From: Polyangia bacterium
GTDB lineage: Bacteria; Myxococcota_A; Polyangia; Fen-1088
Reading direction: 5' to 3'
Assembly: GCA_036498765.1 (NCBI GenBank)
Contig: DASYEX010000027.1
Location: forward strand, 1 to 53,103
DNA: 53,103 nt
In this document: positions 45,864-53,103 of the stretch, piece after piece
How positions within the stretch are numbered: the stretch's first letter is position 1
How the letters are laid out: each line of letters starts with the position of its first letter
Program-made: the position numbers and the translations under genes
The notes under the pieces: generated by a model
The model's database searches: none
Seen by the model: only the letters and a program-made list of their open reading frames with translations
Told to the model about the DNA's origin: nothing

Positions 45864-46625
45864 ATGCGAGAGACCCGAGAGATGAAGGACCCGGCACGCC
45901 TGGCCCAGGAGAACGTTACCGCGCTGGAGCAGGCGCTTCTGGCCGCGGGGCGCTCGTACGGCAGCTCGGCGTCGGCGCGCAACAAGACGTTGGCCGCCCT
46001 CGGCGTGGCCGGGTCGGCGACGTTGCTGGCCGGGACCGCGCAGGCGGTGCCGCTCGGCACGCTCGCCCAAACGCTGACAAAGATGACCTGGGGCAAGATC
46101 CTCGCGGCGGTCTCGCTCGCCGGGGCCGCCGCAGCGGTGCCCGGGTACTACGCCTGGCAGCATCACCAGGCGGCGAAAGCGACAGCGCCGATTGCGGTCA
46201 CGGCCAGGCCGGCCCAGGCAGAGGCGGCCGCCGTGCCCTCTCCGCCCGCGGTGGTGGCCCGGGCGTTCGACGAGCAAGGGGCGAATCAACCCCCCTTCGG
46301 ACCCGCCTCTGGAATGCGAGACCGGCCGGTCACTGAGGCGCGTGCCGGCTCAGTGCCTGCGACGTTGGCGCGCGAGCTCTCCACCCTGGACGCCGCGCGC
46401 GGGATGCTGGCGCGGGGCGATGCCACCGGCGCGCTGGCGCGGCTCGATCGCTACGCGCACGCCTATCCGCACGGCCGGTTGGCGCTGGAGGCCGAGGTGC
46501 TCCGCATCGACGCGCTCGACGCGGCCGGCCGATCCGACGCCGCGCGCGCCCGCGCGCAGGCCTTCCTCGATCACCACCCGCACAGCGTGCTCGCGGCGCG
46601 CGTTCGCACGCGCCTCGGCGACTAG
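45864..46625 (+). CDS. putative anti-sigma factor (TM segments plus C-terminal TPR-like domain paralogous to that of the FecR-like protein)
   Basis: 6 nt after the sigma stop. TM LAALGVAGSATLLAGTAQA and ILAAVSLAGAAAAV. C-terminal YAHAYPHGRLALEAEVLRIDAL...ARAQAFLDHHPHSVLAARV parallels YLRSFPHGPLAREAAGRLIESR...ARQAAAAYLHDFPGGPHAALA of gene 26490. Confidence 0.55.
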   Translation: MRETREMKDPARLAQENVTALEQALLAAGRSYGSSASARNKTLAALGVAGSATLLAGTAQAVPLGTLAQTLTKMTWGKILAAVSLAGAAAAVPGYYAWQHHQAAKATAPIAVTARPAQAEAAAVPSPPAVVARAFDEQGANQPPFGPASGMRDRPVTEARAGSVPATLARELSTLDAARGMLARGDATGALARLDRYAHAYPHGRLALEAEVLRIDALDAAGRSDAARARAQAFLDHHPHSVLAARVRTRLGD

Positions 46626-46633
46626 GGCGGCCG

Positions 46634-47905
46634 ATGCCCGGCCTCGCCCGGCGGCTCGCGTTCGCGTCGGCGCTGGCGCCGGCATTCGCGATGGCGCTGA
46701 CGGTCGGGGGCTGCGGATCGACCACCGACTCGCTCGGCTACGACAACCCCGGGAAGCTCCTTCCCGTCACCGGTCCGACGTCTTACCCAAACCCCTTCCG
46801 TGATCTGCTGGGCGAGAGCGATTCCGCGATCAGCGGCAAGATCACCCAAGGCTTCAACACGCTCTTCCACGGCGCGCCGTCCTACAAGTTCTACGAGACG
46901 ATGATGGACGACGCGTCCTTGACCGCCGACCAGGCCTACGTCACGGACACGCTCCACAACGACACCCGCACCGAGGGGATGGGCCTGGGGATGATGATCT
47001 GCGTGGAGATGAACAAGCAACACGAGTTCGACCAGCTCTGGAGCTATGCCAAAGAGGTGCTCGAGATCAAAAGCGGCCCCCAGGCCGGCTACTTCCCGTC
47101 GTTCTGCAACGGCGCGAACGACACGCCCACGCCCTGCCTCGATCCCTACGGGTTCCAGCAGTTCGTCACGGCGCTGATCTTCGCCAACGATCGCTGGCAG
47201 AGCACCGGCACCATCGACTACGCGTCCGACGTCCTCGAGCTTCTCCACACGGCGCGCCACAAGCAGGAGGACAACGGCGGGATCGTCGACGGCGTCACCA
47301 ACCTCTACGACGCGGCGACCACGCTGCCGTTCGACGTGCCGGACGTGTCGTCGGCGGACGTGACTCGCCCGTCGCTGGTGATGCCGGGCTCGTACGGGCT
47401 GTGGACCCAGGCGACCGGCGATCCCTACTGGACCGCCTCCGCCGCCGCCGGGCGCGCCTTCTGGCAGAGCGCCGCCAACACGCTGACCGGCTTCATGCCG
47501 ACGCGGGCCACGCTCGACGGCACGCCGGTCCCCGGCTGGTCCACCTTCGAGCCCGAAGGGTATCGAACCCAGATCAACGTCGCGATCGATCAGATCTGGA
47601 CGGGCGGCGACTCCTGGAACGTGGCGGAGAGCAACCAGCTGCTCGCGTTCTTCAGCGCGCAGGGGCTCAAGACCTACGGCAAGATCTACAGCCTCGACGG
47701 GACGATGGTCCTCGAGAGCGACCACGAGCCGTCGCTGGTGGTGGCGAACGGAATCACGGCGGTGGCGTCGACCAACGCCGATCGCTCGAGCTACGTCAGC
47801 GAGGTCTGGAACATGGAAATCCCCACCGGGACCGCCCGTTACTACACCGGCATCCTCTACATGGTCAGCTTGCTCGTGCTGAGCGGCCAGTACCAGGTGT
47901 ACTGA
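46634..47905 (+). CDS. GH8-family glycoside hydrolase lipoprotein
   Basis: Lipobox MALTVGGC. TEGMGLGMM (catalytic-Glu motif SEGxGYG type). (alpha/alpha)6-like helical pattern. ARYYTGILYMVSLLVLSG tail typical of GH8. Confidence 0.85.
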   Translation: MPGLARRLAFASALAPAFAMALTVGGCGSTTDSLGYDNPGKLLPVTGPTSYPNPFRDLLGESDSAISGKITQGFNTLFHGAPSYKFYETMMDDASLTADQAYVTDTLHNDTRTEGMGLGMMICVEMNKQHEFDQLWSYAKEVLEIKSGPQAGYFPSFCNGANDTPTPCLDPYGFQQFVTALIFANDRWQSTGTIDYASDVLELLHTARHKQEDNGGIVDGVTNLYDAATTLPFDVPDVSSADVTRPSLVMPGSYGLWTQATGDPYWTASAAAGRAFWQSAANTLTGFMPTRATLDGTPVPGWSTFEPEGYRTQINVAIDQIWTGGDSWNVAESNQLLAFFSAQGLKTYGKIYSLDGTMVLESDHEPSLVVANGITAVASTNADRSSYVSEVWNMEIPTGTARYYTGILYMVSLLVLSGQYQVY

Positions 47906-47908
47906 CCG

Positions 47909-50900
47909 TCAGCGGACGCCGCCGGGGACCAGCATCCGGGCGAGGGAGCGGGGCGCCTTGGCGCCGTTGTCGCGCATCCAGGCTTCGCCGGCGGCCGCGG
48001 TGTCGGCGTCACCACCGAGCTCGGCCGCCGCCACTTGCGCTGCGGCCTTGAAGAGCGCGAGTTGATGGGTGCCGGTCTCGTCGATGGCCCGCCGCAACCA
48101 GGTGGCGCTCTCTGCGGCGTTCCCTTCGGCGTGTGCGATGCCGGCGTGGAGCGGCGCCGCCATCGCGCCGCCCCAGCCGCCGGCGCGTCCGAGTTGCGCC
48201 GCGCACGCGCGCGCCAGCTTTAGCCGCGCGCAGCGCTCGGAGCCGGTGGCGCCGAGCGCCCCCGCCAGCGCCGCCCGCCCTCGCAGGTGCACCGCCACGT
48301 TCCGGGTGTGGTGCATCTGTAGCAGCATGGAGCGCCGCAGCGGGGCCCAGCCCTCGGCGAAGCGCCGGTGGGCGCGATCGCCCTCGCCCTCGTAGAGATC
48401 GATCTGCGTCTCGGCGATGAGCGCGTACCAGTGCTGGATGTGGTAACCGCGCGCCGACCAGGCGGCCATGGCCTCGCGGGTCTCGCGCCGGGCGCGCTCC
48501 GGATCGTCGGAGAGCAGCCAGAGGGCATTGGCGAGGCCGATCCGGAGGGTGGTGGCCGCGTAGACCGAGCCGCGGTCGTTCGCCTCCTTGAGCCCCTCGG
48601 TCGCCTCGACGCGGAAACGATCGAGCGCGCCCAGATAGTAGAAGCACTCGAGCGTGAAGTGCCTGACCGCGTTCAGCTCCCAGGCGGTTCCCACGCAGCG
48701 ATCGCGGAAGATCCGCTCGGCCGCCGCCAGGTGGTCGAGGGCCGAGGCGAACCGGCCGCCGAGGTGGGCGGAAAGACCGCTCATCAGCGAGACGATCCCA
48801 GTGGCGTGCGGGTGGTCGAGCTCCGCGGCCAGCGCGCCGGCCTCGGCGAGGAGCTTCTGCGCGCGCCGATCGTTCCCCTGCGCGGCGGCGTAGGCCGCCT
48901 CGCCGGCGATCCCGCGCGAGACGCGGGACGCCTCGCCCACCGCCAGCGCCAGACGGAGGCTGCGGGCCTGGAAGTGCGCCCCTTGCACCGGGTCCATGAG
49001 CCCCAGCCCCGAGGAGAGCGACCAGCAGAGGTCGGCGCGCGCCAGCTCGCGCGGGGCGATCTCCTCGGCGCTGCGCCGGCGAAATCGCCGCCCGCGGAGC
49101 GCCAGCGCCACCCGCTGCGCGAGGAGCGCGCGGACCGGTGAGCGCGCAAAGCCGAGGCCCTCGTCGGCGAGGGCGCCCTCGGCCACCTTGCGTCCCTCGT
49201 CGAGGTGGCCGCTGCGGATCAATTCCTCGGCGCCGCGCCGGCGGAGATCGGTGGCCTGGGCCGGGCCGGCGCCGCGCGCGGCGTTGAGGTAGTTGGCGGC
49301 CGCGTCGGCGCCCCGGCCGACGTTGGAGAGCGCGTCGCCGAGGCCGACCAGCATCTCGCGCCGCTGCTCTTCGGACCAGTTCCCCAGCGCGAGCGCGTCG
49401 CGGTAGCTGGCGATGGCGCGATCGAAGGCCAGGGCCTCCGCCGCGCGGCGCGCGGCCGCCGCGAAGTGGACCGCGGCCTGGTCGGGGTGCCCGGCTTCGC
49501 GCCAGTGGCCGCCCGCGCGCAACGAGTTACCGGCGTCCTCGAAGGCCTCCGCCAGCTTCTCGTGCAGCTCGCGCGCCTCCGCGCTGGAGGTCGACTGGCG
49601 CGCCACCTGGCGGATGCGATCGTGCGAGAAGTCGACCAGCTCGTCGCCGCGCTCGGTGACGGCGTAGACGAACCGCGCCGCGCGCAGCTCGTCGAACAGC
49701 CGCACGCTGGTCGGCCCGTCGAGATCGCCCAGCCGCCGCAGCATCCGCACCGGCGTGGGCGCCCCGGAGATGGCCAGGGCGCGCAGCACCCGCACCGACG
49801 GCTCGGCGAACGCCTCGATCTGCGCGCGCAGCACGCTGTCGAGAGTGAGGGCCGCGCCGTTGCCGCGCCGCAGGTGGGCGGTGCGGGCCAGCTCGAACAG
49901 AAACAGCGGGTGTCCGGCCGACTCGCGCGCCAGGACCCCGGCGTCGCGTTCGGGATCGCCGGCCCCGCCCGCGGTCAGGAGCTCGCGGGCCAGCGTCCGC
50001 GCCGCCTCCTCACTCAGGTTCGAGAGCGGCAGCTGCTCCTCGGGGACGTCAGGCGCCAGCAGCTTGCCCGCGCTCTCGTCGCCGCCCGGCGTCCGCAGCG
50101 TGCCCACCAACAGGAGGCGCGGCGCGTCCGGCGGGCGCAGCACCTCCGACAGGAGCGCCAGCGAGTCGGCGTCGCCCCACTGCAGATCGTCGATGTAGGC
50201 GACGATCGCCGCCCGTTCGCCGAGGGCGCGCAAAAGCTGGCGGAAGGCGGCGAACATCGAGGCGCGCACCTCGCGCGGGTCGGGCCCCACGTACTGGTGC
50301 GGCGCGTGCGCGATGAGCGGGATGCGCCCCAGGACCGGGAACGCCTGCAACATGACGGCGGCCCGATCGGGGACAATGCGCCCCAGCGTGTCGGGATCGA
50401 TCTGCCGTAGCAGGCTGGTGAGCGCGTCGACCAGACCGTCGAGCGCCTTGAAGGGGACCAGCTCCCGCTCGTAACAGCGGGCGGTGAGCAGGATGGGCGG
50501 CGCGTGCTCGGCGGTGTCGAGCCGCTCCGCGAGGAAGGTCCGCACCAGCGCAGATTTCCCCACCCCCGACTCGCCGCGCACGATCAGCACGCGCGCCCCC
50601 TCGCCCTTGCGCACCGCCTCCAGCGCGGCCTCTAGCGCGTCCAGCTCGCGCTCGCGCCCGACGAAGCGGACCGGCTCGTCGGGAGGCGCGGGGAGATCGA
50701 CGGAACGTGACGCCGGCGCCAGCGCCTTCAGCACGTCGACCGCAGAGGCCCGCCCCTCGGGATCGCCCGCCAGCAGCCGGTCGCACAGCGACGCCAGATC
50801 GGGCGGGGCGTCGGGCGCCATCACGGCGACGCGCGGCGCGTGCCCGTGCTGTTTGCGGTAGAGGATCTCGTGCGGCAGCCCCTCGAACGGCAGCCGCCCG

Positions 50901-51667
50901 GTCAGAAGCTCGAACAGGATGACGCCGAAGGCGTACCAGTCGGCGGCGGCGTTCACCGGCTGCATCGCCACCTGCTCGGGGGCCATGTACTCCGGCGTCC
51001 CGGCCCCCGACTGCGTCGTCTCGATCGAGGCGGCGCTCACCAGCCCGAAGTCGAGCAGCACCGCCCGCCCCTCGGCCGTCACCAGCACGTTCGACGGCTT
51101 GACGTCGCGGTGGACGCAGCCGGCCGCGTGCAGCGCCGTCAGCGCGCGCGCCAGCTGGGCCAGCGCGGGCCGCAGGCGATCCTCGCGGTAGTGTGGGCCA
51201 GGGGCCGCCGCCGTCCCCGCCGGGAGCCCCGAGGCGGGATCGAAGCGGCGCGGCTCGCCGGGCATCACGATCGGCGTCGGCGCGTCGTGGGCCAGCGCGG
51301 GCGTGAACGACGGCCGCCCCGCCGCCTCGATGCCGCGCACGTAGCTCATGAGGTCCATCCCCTGGACGAGCTCCATGGTGAAGAACCACTGCGACCCCTC
51401 CGAGACCAGGTCTCCGAGGCGGACCAGGTTGGGGTGGCGGACGTCGGCGACCGCCCGGAACTCGCGCTTGAAGCGCAGGAGCATGTCGGGGCTGACGACC
51501 GGCAGCAGCTTGAGCGCCACCGGGACGGCGTTGACCTCGTCGAACGCCTCGTAGACGACCCCCATCCCGCCCCGTCCCAGGAAACGCACCAGCCGAAACC
51601 GGTTCGTTCCGCGAAACGCGACAGCGCCTAAATCCATCGGCACCCGCGCGGCGGCTGCACCAACCAT
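47909..51667 (-). CDS. Ser/Thr protein kinase fused to a P-loop (AAA/STAND-like) NTPase and TPR-like repeats
   Basis: GRGGMGVVYEA, VALKLL, HRDVKPSNVLV, DFGL, GTPEYMAPE. Then GESGVGKSALV and LLLVGTLR. A long helical repeat C-terminus follows. Start at ATG 51667 or 51637; the track start 51727 is TTG. Confidence 0.9.
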   Translation of the reverse strand: MVGAAAARVPMDLGAVAFRGTNRFRLVRFLGRGGMGVVYEAFDEVNAVPVALKLLPVVSPDMLLRFKREFRAVADVRHPNLVRLGDLVSEGSQWFFTMELVQGMDLMSYVRGIEAAGRPSFTPALAHDAPTPIVMPGEPRRFDPASGLPAGTAAAPGPHYREDRLRPALAQLARALTALHAAGCVHRDVKPSNVLVTAEGRAVLLDFGLVSAASIETTQSGAGTPEYMAPEQVAMQPVNAAADWYAFGVILFELLTGRLPFEGLPHEILYRKQHGHAPRVAVMAPDAPPDLASLCDRLLAGDPEGRASAVDVLKALAPASRSVDLPAPPDEPVRFVGRERELDALEAALEAVRKGEGARVLIVRGESGVGKSALVRTFLAERLDTAEHAPPILLTARCYERELVPFKALDGLVDALTSLLRQIDPDTLGRIVPDRAAVMLQAFPVLGRIPLIAHAPHQYVGPDPREVRASMFAAFRQLLRALGERAAIVAYIDDLQWGDADSLALLSEVLRPPDAPRLLLVGTLRTPGGDESAGKLLAPDVPEEQLPLSNLSEEAARTLARELLTAGGAGDPERDAGVLARESAGHPLFLFELARTAHLRRGNGAALTLDSVLRAQIEAFAEPSVRVLRALAISGAPTPVRMLRRLGDLDGPTSVRLFDELRAARFVYAVTERGDELVDFSHDRIRQVARQSTSSAEARELHEKLAEAFEDAGNSLRAGGHWREAGHPDQAAVHFAAAARRAAEALAFDRAIASYRDALALGNWSEEQRREMLVGLGDALSNVGRGADAAANYLNAARGAGPAQATDLRRRGAEELIRSGHLDEGRKVAEGALADEGLGFARSPVRALLAQRVALALRGRRFRRRSAEEIAPRELARADLCWSLSSGLGLMDPVQGAHFQARSLRLALAVGEASRVSRGIAGEAAYAAAQGNDRRAQKLLAEAGALAAELDHPHATGIVSLMSGLSAHLGGRFASALDHLAAAERIFRDRCVGTAWELNAVRHFTLECFYYLGALDRFRVEATEGLKEANDRGSVYAATTLRIGLANALWLLSDDPERARRETREAMAAWSARGYHIQHWYALIAETQIDLYEGEGDRAHRRFAEGWAPLRRSMLLQMHHTRNVAVHLRGRAALAGALGATGSERCARLKLARACAAQLGRAGGWGGAMAAPLHAGIAHAEGNAAESATWLRRAIDETGTHQLALFKAAAQVAAAELGGDADTAAAGEAWMRDNGAKAPRSLARMLVPGGVR

Positions 51668-51753
51668 GTCTATCGCGAACTGCCGAGCGGCGTCCAGCCG
51701 GTGTAATCTCGCGCACAGCCGGAACAAGCGGCCCTCCCGACGTTCAGCCCGAC

Positions 51754-52581
51754 ATGTCCGCCGTCAATAAGTTAATTCCCAGGATGTCGTCGATTGACGA
51801 TTTGCTCGCCGGGCGTTGCGGCGAGATGGCCGTCGGCGACGTGCTCGCGTTCAACGGCCTCACCCGCGTCGACGAGTTCATCCAGGGGGCGACCAAGTCG
51901 GCGATCTCGCACGTGGCCATCCTGATGCGCGCGCAGTCGGGCGGGCCGCTGCTGGTCCTCGAGGCGACGGGCGTCGGCGTCACGGTCACGCCCCTCGAGG
52001 AGTCGTTGAGGAAATACGACCAGGAACACCACACCTGCTTCTACCTGCCGCTCACCTCCGGGCTGCGCGCAGATATCGTCCCTGGGACGCTGGCCGCGTA
52101 CTACAACTCGAATGCGCTCGACAAGTACAACTACGACGGCGTCGTCGAGGCGGGCATCTACGAGCGCGACCATCCGCACTTCAAAGCCTTCTTCCACACC
52201 TTTCACGGTCGCTCGCTGCGCTCTCGAATTGTCCGGGCCTGGTACCGCTTGATCGGCCGGATGGCTCACCTGTGGGCCAAGGTCGTCGAGCACGAGCCGA
52301 ACACGCGGCGCCTGTTCTGCTCGCAGCTCGTCACGGAGTGCCTCCAGGCCCTCAAGGTCCTCGGGCCTCGGCCCAAGGCTGGGCTGGTCGTCCCCGTCGA
52401 GATCTGCTGGTTCGACATCTACGCGGCCGCCTACCAGCTCAACGGCGACGCGCCGATGGCCGATCCCTTCCGCTGGGGCGACGCGAGTACTTACCGGGAA
52501 CCCTCGAAGGGTTTCGTGCCTCCCACGATGAGCTCCGGCGGGCAAAGCCCCCCTATGCTCGCGCGCGAGACCTCCCCGTAA
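51754..52581 (+). CDS. permuted papain-fold (YiiX / peptidase C92-like) protein
   Basis: GDVLAF...SAISHVAILM...VLEATGVGV followed much later by RLFCSQLVTECL, i.e. His-before-Cys order as in YiiX/YaeF. Visibly less GC-rich than its neighbours. Confidence 0.6.
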   Translation: MSAVNKLIPRMSSIDDLLAGRCGEMAVGDVLAFNGLTRVDEFIQGATKSAISHVAILMRAQSGGPLLVLEATGVGVTVTPLEESLRKYDQEHHTCFYLPLTSGLRADIVPGTLAAYYNSNALDKYNYDGVVEAGIYERDHPHFKAFFHTFHGRSLRSRIVRAWYRLIGRMAHLWAKVVEHEPNTRRLFCSQLVTECLQALKVLGPRPKAGLVVPVEICWFDIYAAAYQLNGDAPMADPFRWGDASTYREPSKGFVPPTMSSGGQSPPMLARETSP

Positions 52582-52622
52582 CCTCCATCGCCGGCGGTCG
52601 TAGACTTGGGGAGGAGGTCGTC

Positions 52623-53103
52623 ATGAAGCCCGAGCAGACGCTGAAACCGAGACTCTTGCCGCCGCTGGCCGTCGCCCTGATCGCGATGGTGGGCGTGGCG
52701 CTGGCGGGGGCCGGCGTCTGGAGCCGCTCGGCTCGCGGGGCGGGCGACCGAGGCGCAGATCCAACGGGAGGACGCGTGATGTCGACCAAGAAGTACACGA
52801 AACCTTCGAACGCCGAGCTCAAGAAGACGCTCTCGGGCGTCCAGTACGAGGTGACGCAGAACGCGGCCACGGAGCCGCCGTTCGACAACGCCTACTGGAA
52901 CAACCACGAGGCGGGGCTCTATGTGGACGTCGCCACGGGGGAGCCGCTGTTCAGCTCGACCGACATGTTCGAGTCGGGGACCGGCTGGCCCAGCTTCACG
53001 CGCCCGGTCGAGAGCGGCCGGGTGATGGACGCGCACGACGGCTCGCACGGCATGGACCGGATGGAGGTCCGTTCAGCGGGTGGGTCGTCGCACCTCGGGC
53101 ACG
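52623..53103 (+). CDS. msrB: peptide-methionine (R)-S-oxide reductase, 3' end beyond window; two in-frame SD-preceded starts (52623, 52779)
   Basis: Not in the ORF track (no stop in window). LSGVQYEVTQNAATEPPFDNAYWNNHEAGLYVDVATGEPLFSSTDMFESGTGWPSFTRP...HLGH. The long form adds a TM/signal-like LLPPLAVALIAMVGVALAGAGVW. Confidence 0.85.
   Translation, partial: MKPEQTLKPRLLPPLAVALIAMVGVALAGAGVWSRSARGAGDRGADPTGGRVMSTKKYTKPSNAELKKTLSGVQYEVTQNAATEPPFDNAYWNNHEAGLYVDVATGEPLFSSTDMFESGTGWPSFTRPVESGRVMDAHDGSHGMDRMEVRSAGGSSHLGH

Noticed and set aside
50049-51716. 555-aa minus ORF in an alternative frame of the kinase gene; also the TTG start at 51727
   Set aside because: The kinase motifs (GxGxxG, HRDVKPSN, DFG, APE) are all in the other frame. 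The TTG start adds a poorly coding-like leader, and ATG 51667 or 51637 is more plausible.
52623-52778. Initially read as a separate 51-codon membrane micro-ORF ending in a TGA overlapping the msrB ATG
   Set aside because: Codon-by-codon re-reading shows the TGA (52777-52779) is out of frame. ATG 52623 and ATG 52779 are in the same frame with no intervening stop. It is therefore reported as an alternative long N-terminus of msrB instead.

Overview
Densely coding, visibly very GC-rich chromosomal segment (G+C not computed). The gene content suggests a myxobacterium-like deltaproteobacterial lineage: many lipobox lipoproteins with Gly/Thr linkers and Cys-rich domains, ECF sigma/anti-sigma pairs, a sigma-54 activator, and a Ser/Thr kinase fused to a P-loop NTPase and TPR region. 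This taxonomic call is inference only. I recognised no rRNA, tRNA, CRISPR array, transposase, integrase or prophage genes. Main blocks, in order: (1) a sigma-54 enhancer-binding protein (3' end off window) plus a small coupled ORF, divergent from a flotillin-like SPFH gene and its coupled partner. (2) A pirin remnant, a membrane protein and an outer-membrane barrel. (3) A GH63/MGH1-like hydrolase and a Cys-rich lipoprotein. (4) A hopanoid cluster (hpnH-hpnG-hpnO on the minus strand, shc divergent, a single-enzyme squalene synthase convergent), with three further same-strand genes after hpnO. (5) GH13, a TonB_C/HEAT protein and a PQQ-type sugar dehydrogenase. (6) A pectin/galacturonate utilisation locus: PL1 pectate lyase, uxaC, eda, kdgK, large porin, exuT, GH28, orphan binding protein and Cys-rich lipoproteins. 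An ECF sigma / FecR-like anti-sigma / predicted beta-barrel operon is embedded in it. (7) A second, apparently paralogous ECF module followed by a GH8 lipoprotein. (8) A large kinase/NTPase/TPR protein divergent from a permuted-papain (C92/YiiX-like) gene. (9) msrB (3' end off window). The candidates I consider most likely to be genuinely undescribed are the two ECF/anti-sigma/beta-barrel triads attached to glycan-degrading genes with no TonB-dependent transducer, the sigma-54/Cys-cluster-receiver/flotillin unit, and the Cys-rich lipoprotein families flanking GH28. Most long track ORFs not listed as features are alternative-frame or antisense shadows typical of high-GC DNA. All start codons are provisional and no database search was possible.
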